This document shows positions 59,587 to 64,000 of a DNA stretch of 64,000 bases, piece after piece; positions within the stretch are counted from its first letter, which is position 1, and each line of letters begins with the position of its first letter. Position numbers and translations under genes: made by a program. The DNA comes from Zygnema circumcarinatum SAG 698-1b (taxonomy: Eukaryota; Plantae; Zygnematophyceae). Location of the stretch: assembly GCA_037447605.1 (NCBI GenBank), contig CM074810.1:2948880-3012879 (forward strand). The letters are read 5' to 3'. Below the pieces are notes generated by a model. It was not told the origin of the DNA. It was given only the letters and a program-made list of their open reading frames with translations, and did no database searches.

Positions 59587-62500
59587 GGGTAGTGATATTT
59601 CCACCCCTTTTTTGGATCCAAACACCCCTTCCCGGCCGGGCAGATTTCAAAAGGGATTAAAAACGGAAAATGTTTTTTTCACACCTTTTTGGAATCGATA
59701 CCCACCTTCTTCCGTCGGCTGATTTTATTTTTGCTAACCANNNNNNNNNNCGGGGCTGCTGGCTTGCTGGGATTGGCCTCTTCCACCCTTTTTTCACTGA
59801 GAACGGAACGGAGCGGAGCTCAGTGTTTCCATGCGCGTGGAACAGGCAGGTTGTTTGTTGTTCAAGGGGTCAGGGAGAGAATTTTAGCAAGGCAGGCAGC
59901 GGCGGAGGGCGCTCAAAGCGAGGCGTATGATGAACAATAATAAGGGGAACATATTTTGGGGTTTTTCCTTTTCATTAGAAGGGGAAGGGGAGGGAGGCGA
60001 GGGAGGGAGGGAGGGGAGGTAGTGTTGGGGGTTTACCACCACCACTTTTTTTTTTTTGTTTTTCCGGTCGCTTCTCTCCTCGTACTCCACCTTTTTAGGG
60101 CCCTTTTTGTTTTCTGTCTTTCTTTTTTTGAGTCGTCGCTTTTTCCGGAGGGCTTTGGGAACACGTGTACAATCTGTATAAGGGGACCCTCTTCATTCAG
60201 ACGATTTGAATAATACGGCTTTATAATCGCGATGGTGGTTTTGTTGTGCTCTGCCTCTATCTCTCTTCTCCCTCTCCCTCTTTCTCTCGCTTCCTCTTTC
60301 TCTCTCCTACTCTCACTCTCTCCCTCTTTCTCCCTCTTTCTCCCGCTCCCTCTTTCTCCCTCTCCCTCTTTCTCCCTCTTCCTATTTCTCACTCTCCCCC
60401 TCTCTCACACCCACATGCATCATCTCCCTCTCTCTCAGGGTGTTGTTTGGCATCATTGACTTTGTGGGATGTGTTCCCGCCATGCATCAGTTTCCATGAA
60501 CTGTTCGCCATTCAAAAACGACAGAAAGCCACTCTATTTTTTCCGCTGGCTGCTGTTCGTTACACGGTCTTTGATCCGCCGCGTGAACTGTGAGACAGTC
60601 CCATGGTAACCACAATGTTGACACGCCGAATCACGCCCTCTAAGAAAAACCAAAAAGTTGGGTGAAGAGTCTATCAATGTCAGAGATGTCGGAAGTAGGG
60701 ACGGCCCGAGATGTAAAGCTGGGCTTTATTGCTTCATTGCACGTTTTAAACTATGCAGCTTTTGTTCACAAACACTTGCCCAGTAGCTGGTTTTGCCGAA
60801 GTGTCGATCTTAAGTTCGCATTACTAAAGAAGATTAACAAGTACAAATCAACGGTCACGGTTATAATATAATCTCATATAGTGGCGATCGAGCCATCCCT
60901 AGTCGGAAGCCACGGTCGAGGACTTGTGCCTATAGTCACCCAAAACCCTTAAGAGCCCCATCCACATAAACCTTTTACCCTCTCTCAATGGTGCGCGAAC
61001 CCCGAGTCAAAATGATGTGCGGAGGTCCGCAGCGCATTGGCCCTAACATTGACTTCGAGCGCGATCGCATCTAGGGAAACAAAATGTCAAGTTTTGCGTA
61101 TTGGGTTGGTTCAATTTCTAAGGAAACAATCATTTTCAATGGGTAGTGATATTTCCACCCCTTTTTTGGATCCAAACACCCCTTCCCGGCCGGGCAGATT
61201 TCAAAAAGGATTAAAAACGGAAAATGCTTTTTTCACACCTTTTTGGAATCGATACCCACCCTCTATCGGCAGATTTTATTTTTGCGAATGAAGGAAAATG
61301 ATAACCCGTCACCCCATTTTGAATATCCCGCCTACCTGAATTTTTTTTTCACGCGTGCGGTCAATCGCAGCCGTCGATTCCCTCGCAGATCGCAACACGG
61401 CAGATCACTATTTGCTCTGCAGCCGGGCTCGGTCACAGCGAATGGCACGTGCCCACGTATCCCGCCAAACTCGTCTCCAAAACTTGTCCGTACAAATGTC
61501 GTATGGTTGCAACTTTGAGGAACCCAAAATACATTGAGAGCTTGAACCAATCAATATTTTCCACGTCGATATGTAACACGTGGTAGATGTTGATTGGTTG
61601 GAAACTGACAATGACGAGATCTCGGGCCGACGGACGCGCGCACTCGCACGTGCGATCCGTCTTTGACGGGACTCGTGGGCGCTTTCCATTCGCTGAAATT
61701 GAGCCCGGCTCCAGATCGAACGGTGATCTGCAGTGGTGCGATCTGCGAGGGAAATCGACAGCTGCGATTGACACACACGTGTGAAGGACGGACACCCGCG
61801 AACGATCTCGTGGCGGACGGATCTTCCGCTCCGAGCGGATTCGAGCAGGCAGATATTTCTTTCCCTCAAAAAAAAAATTCAGGGAGGCGGGATACAGTAT
61901 TCAAAATGCGGTGACGGGGTATCATTTTCCTTGGTTAGCAAAAATAAAATCAGNNNNNNNNNNTTTTGCTAACCAAGGAAAATGATACCCCGTCACCGCA
62001 TTTTGAATACTGTATCCCGCCTCCCTGAATTTTTTTTTTGAGGGAAAGAAATATCTGCCTGCTCGAATCCGCTCGGAGCGGAAGATCCGTCCGCCACGAG
62101 ATCGTTCGCGGGTGTCCGTCCTTCACACGTGTGTGTCAATCGCAGCTGTCGATTTCCCTCGCAGATCGCACCACTGCAGATCACCGTTCGATCTGGAGCC
62201 GGGCTCAATTTCAGCGAATGGAAAGCGCCCACGAGTCCCGTCAAAGACGGATCGCACGTGCGAGTGCGCGCGTCCGTCGGCCCGAGATCTCGTCATTGTC
62301 AGTTTCCAACCAATCAACATCTACCACGTGTTACATATCGACGTGGAAAATATTGATTGGTTCAAGCTCTCAATGTATTTTGGGTTCCTCAAAGTTGCAA
62401 CCATACGACATTTGTACGGACAAGTTTTGGAGACGAGTTTGGCGGGATACGTGGGCACGTGCCATTCGCTGTGACCGAGCCCGGCTGCAGAGCAAATAGT

Positions 62501-62766
62501 GATCTGCCGTGTTGCGATCTGCGAGGGAATCGACGGCTGCGATTGACCGCACGCGTGAAAAAAAAATTCAGGTAGGCGGGATATTCAAAATGGGGTGACG
62601 GGTTATCATTTTCCTTCATTCGCAAAAATAAAATCTGCCGATAGAGGGTGGGTATCGATTCCAAAAAGGTGTGAAAAAAGCATTTTCCGTTTTTAATCCT
62701 TTTTGAAATCTGCCCGGCCGGGAAGGGGTGTTTGGATCCAAAAAAGGGGTGGAAATATCACTACCC
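59587..62766. mobile_element. Long-TIR Mutator/foldback-like element (~1 kb) represented in both orientations around assembly gaps
   Basis: Termini GGGTAGTGATATTTCCACCCC at 59587, 61141 and (reverse) 62766; TSD TTTTCAAT(G) at 59579-59586, 61133-61140 and 62767-62774; 61141-61943 mirrors 61964-62766. Confidence 0.8.
59751..61260 (+). other. Near-identical duplicate of 58197-~59705 after a 10-N gap; probable assembly overlap or haplotype
   Basis: Identical ORF sets at offset 1554. Confidence 0.85.
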
Positions 62767-62890
62767 TTTTCAATGGGCGCAATTTACTGTTTTGTAACTA
62801 GGAGCCATAACATTTGCGATTGACAAAATTTTGAATGTTCGACTATATGAAACTGCAATCTTGGAAAAGTGGTTGAGAACAAAAAAGTGT

Positions 62891-63007
62891 AGTGGGTGCG
62901 ACACCGGGACTTCCCGGGAGGTCACCCATCCGAGTACTATTCCGGCCCACAAGCGCAAAGGAGTTCTGATGGGATCCGGCGTAGTAGCCTAGGTATGATC
63001 GCACCAC
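62891..63007 (-). rRNA. Solitary 5S rRNA gene or pseudogene with box A lesion, followed by a T6 Pol III terminator
   Basis: Reverse complement GTGGTGCGATCATACCTAGGCTACTACGCCGGATCCCATCAGAACTCC(TTT)GCGCTTGTGGGCCGGAATAGTACTCGGATGGGTGACCTCCCGGGAAGTCCCGGTGTCGCACCCACT, then ACACTTTTTT. Confidence 0.88.
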
Positions 63008-63251
63008 AAAGTTTTTGAAACCGGTAATTTTCTCATATTTTTCTTAACTTCAAATCCTCGAAGCATTCGGCCGACTTTGTGGGACCCACGCTTCAGTTTC
63101 CGAGCGATATATTTTTCAAAGTACGATACGATACTAAGCGATCCGATATTGTTTCGGATCTCAAGCTTCTAATTACAGAATCTACATACAGGGCCGGGCC
63201 CTCTTCTGCAAGCTCGCGGCCTCCCTCCCTCCCTGCTCGGCCAGCGTAGCC

Positions 63252-63738
63252 ATGGCGCTCGCTCTCAGGGCGGGCCTGGCGGCGCCATGGCGGATGCAGG
63301 GGTCGAGGGACCCGTCATTACCTGCCACGTGGCTTGCGACGGAGCCTCGTTGGCGTCTTTCCCCTGCGGTGAGGGCAGGTGGCAGTCGGCGACAGCGGTT
63401 GCAGGCGGGGAATAGGTGCAGGGAACCCTAATTCCTGAAGAGATGTGAAGAAATTAAAAAAAAATTGTAAAAACAAGAATCAAATGCATCGCGAACAGGT
63501 TACGTGAGGGGTGTCGTTGATTTTTTATCTTTGTTTGAAGCGTTTTTCGATGAATTTGAACTGATACGGAACAAGAGAGGAATGAATAAGACATAAGATA
63601 CATTTGAAGTTTCAAATTATTTTTCGTTCTTGATGAGTTGTGTGCAGAGCCGCCACGCCACGTGGCGCGTATTCAGGCAGTGAGGGGACGGCGGAGGCTG
63701 CGACCATCGACGTGGTGGCGCAGGTCAGGAACGAGAAG
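63252..63738 (+). CDS. 5' part (exons 63252-63415, 63648-63738) of a plastid-targeted NAD(P)-binding Rossmann protein, At1g32220-like; continues beyond the window
   Basis: Arg/Ala-rich transit peptide, then TIDVVAQVRNEK, similar to the TIDVVADVKSER that precedes VVVLGGxGFVG in plant homologues. Splice phases agree. Confidence 0.6.
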
Positions 63739-64000
63739 GTACGCCATGGCCATGCCAGCTCTCCCATGCCATGTCATGCCATTTCATGCCATGCCATGCC
63801 ATGTCATACCATGCCAGCTGTCCCATGCCATGCCATGGCAGCTGTTCCATGGCTTGGCATGCCATGCTCCCTCCTATGTCATGCGGGCAACAGGCATGGC
63901 ATGGATGTCAGCATGGCGGCACTTCGGGCATACATGGGCGGGGTTCTCGCTTGGGGCAGATGTGCATGCATGGGAGAGGAGCGAAGGGTCGGGCAGGGAG

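Noticed and set aside
58197-61260. Real tandem duplication of the MYB 3' region
   Set aside because: Near-identical copy starting exactly at a 10-N scaffold gap; most likely contig overlap.
61408-62664. Mirror-image ORF pairs as duplicated genes
   Set aside because: Non-coding TIR element assembled in both orientations.

Overview
Eukaryotic, intron-rich nuclear DNA from a streptophyte, probably a charophyte alga. This rests on a bryophyte/charophyte-type 5S rRNA sequence, TTTAGGG telo-box arrays, plant-type genes and very large CT/GA microsatellite introns; the species cannot be fixed from sequence alone. Bases 1-16.6 kb are a transposon graveyard: two decayed Copia LTR retrotransposons, a Crypton-like tyrosine-recombinase fragment with a Myb/SANT neighbour, hAT/Mutator/pogo MITEs, a near-complete intron-containing pogo element and a 5S pseudogene split by a hAT MITE. 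Bases 17-64 kb hold host genes: an ABCG7-like half transporter, a small orphan ORF, an SHI/STY (SRS) transcription factor, condensin subunit CAP-D2, an FLP/MYB88-like R2R3-MYB and the start of a plastid Rossmann-fold reductase. This part also has several gap-flanked duplications that are probably assembly artefacts. The standout is a ~2.2-kb compositionally foreign, virus-like segment (~1245-3424) that replaces the SH3 region of the first Copia. It carries two divergent, intact, intronless ORFs: a uracil-DNA-glycosylase-fold protein with a substituted catalytic Asp (GQSPY) plus a coiled coil, and a truncated ORF opening with a GxCYL...YHV papain-like leader-protease motif of the kind seen in RNA viruses. 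A cloverleaf-foldable spacer lies between them. Next to it is a 129-bp solo LTR containing a tRNA-like Pol III cassette. All family assignments are by eye from motifs; no searches were run.
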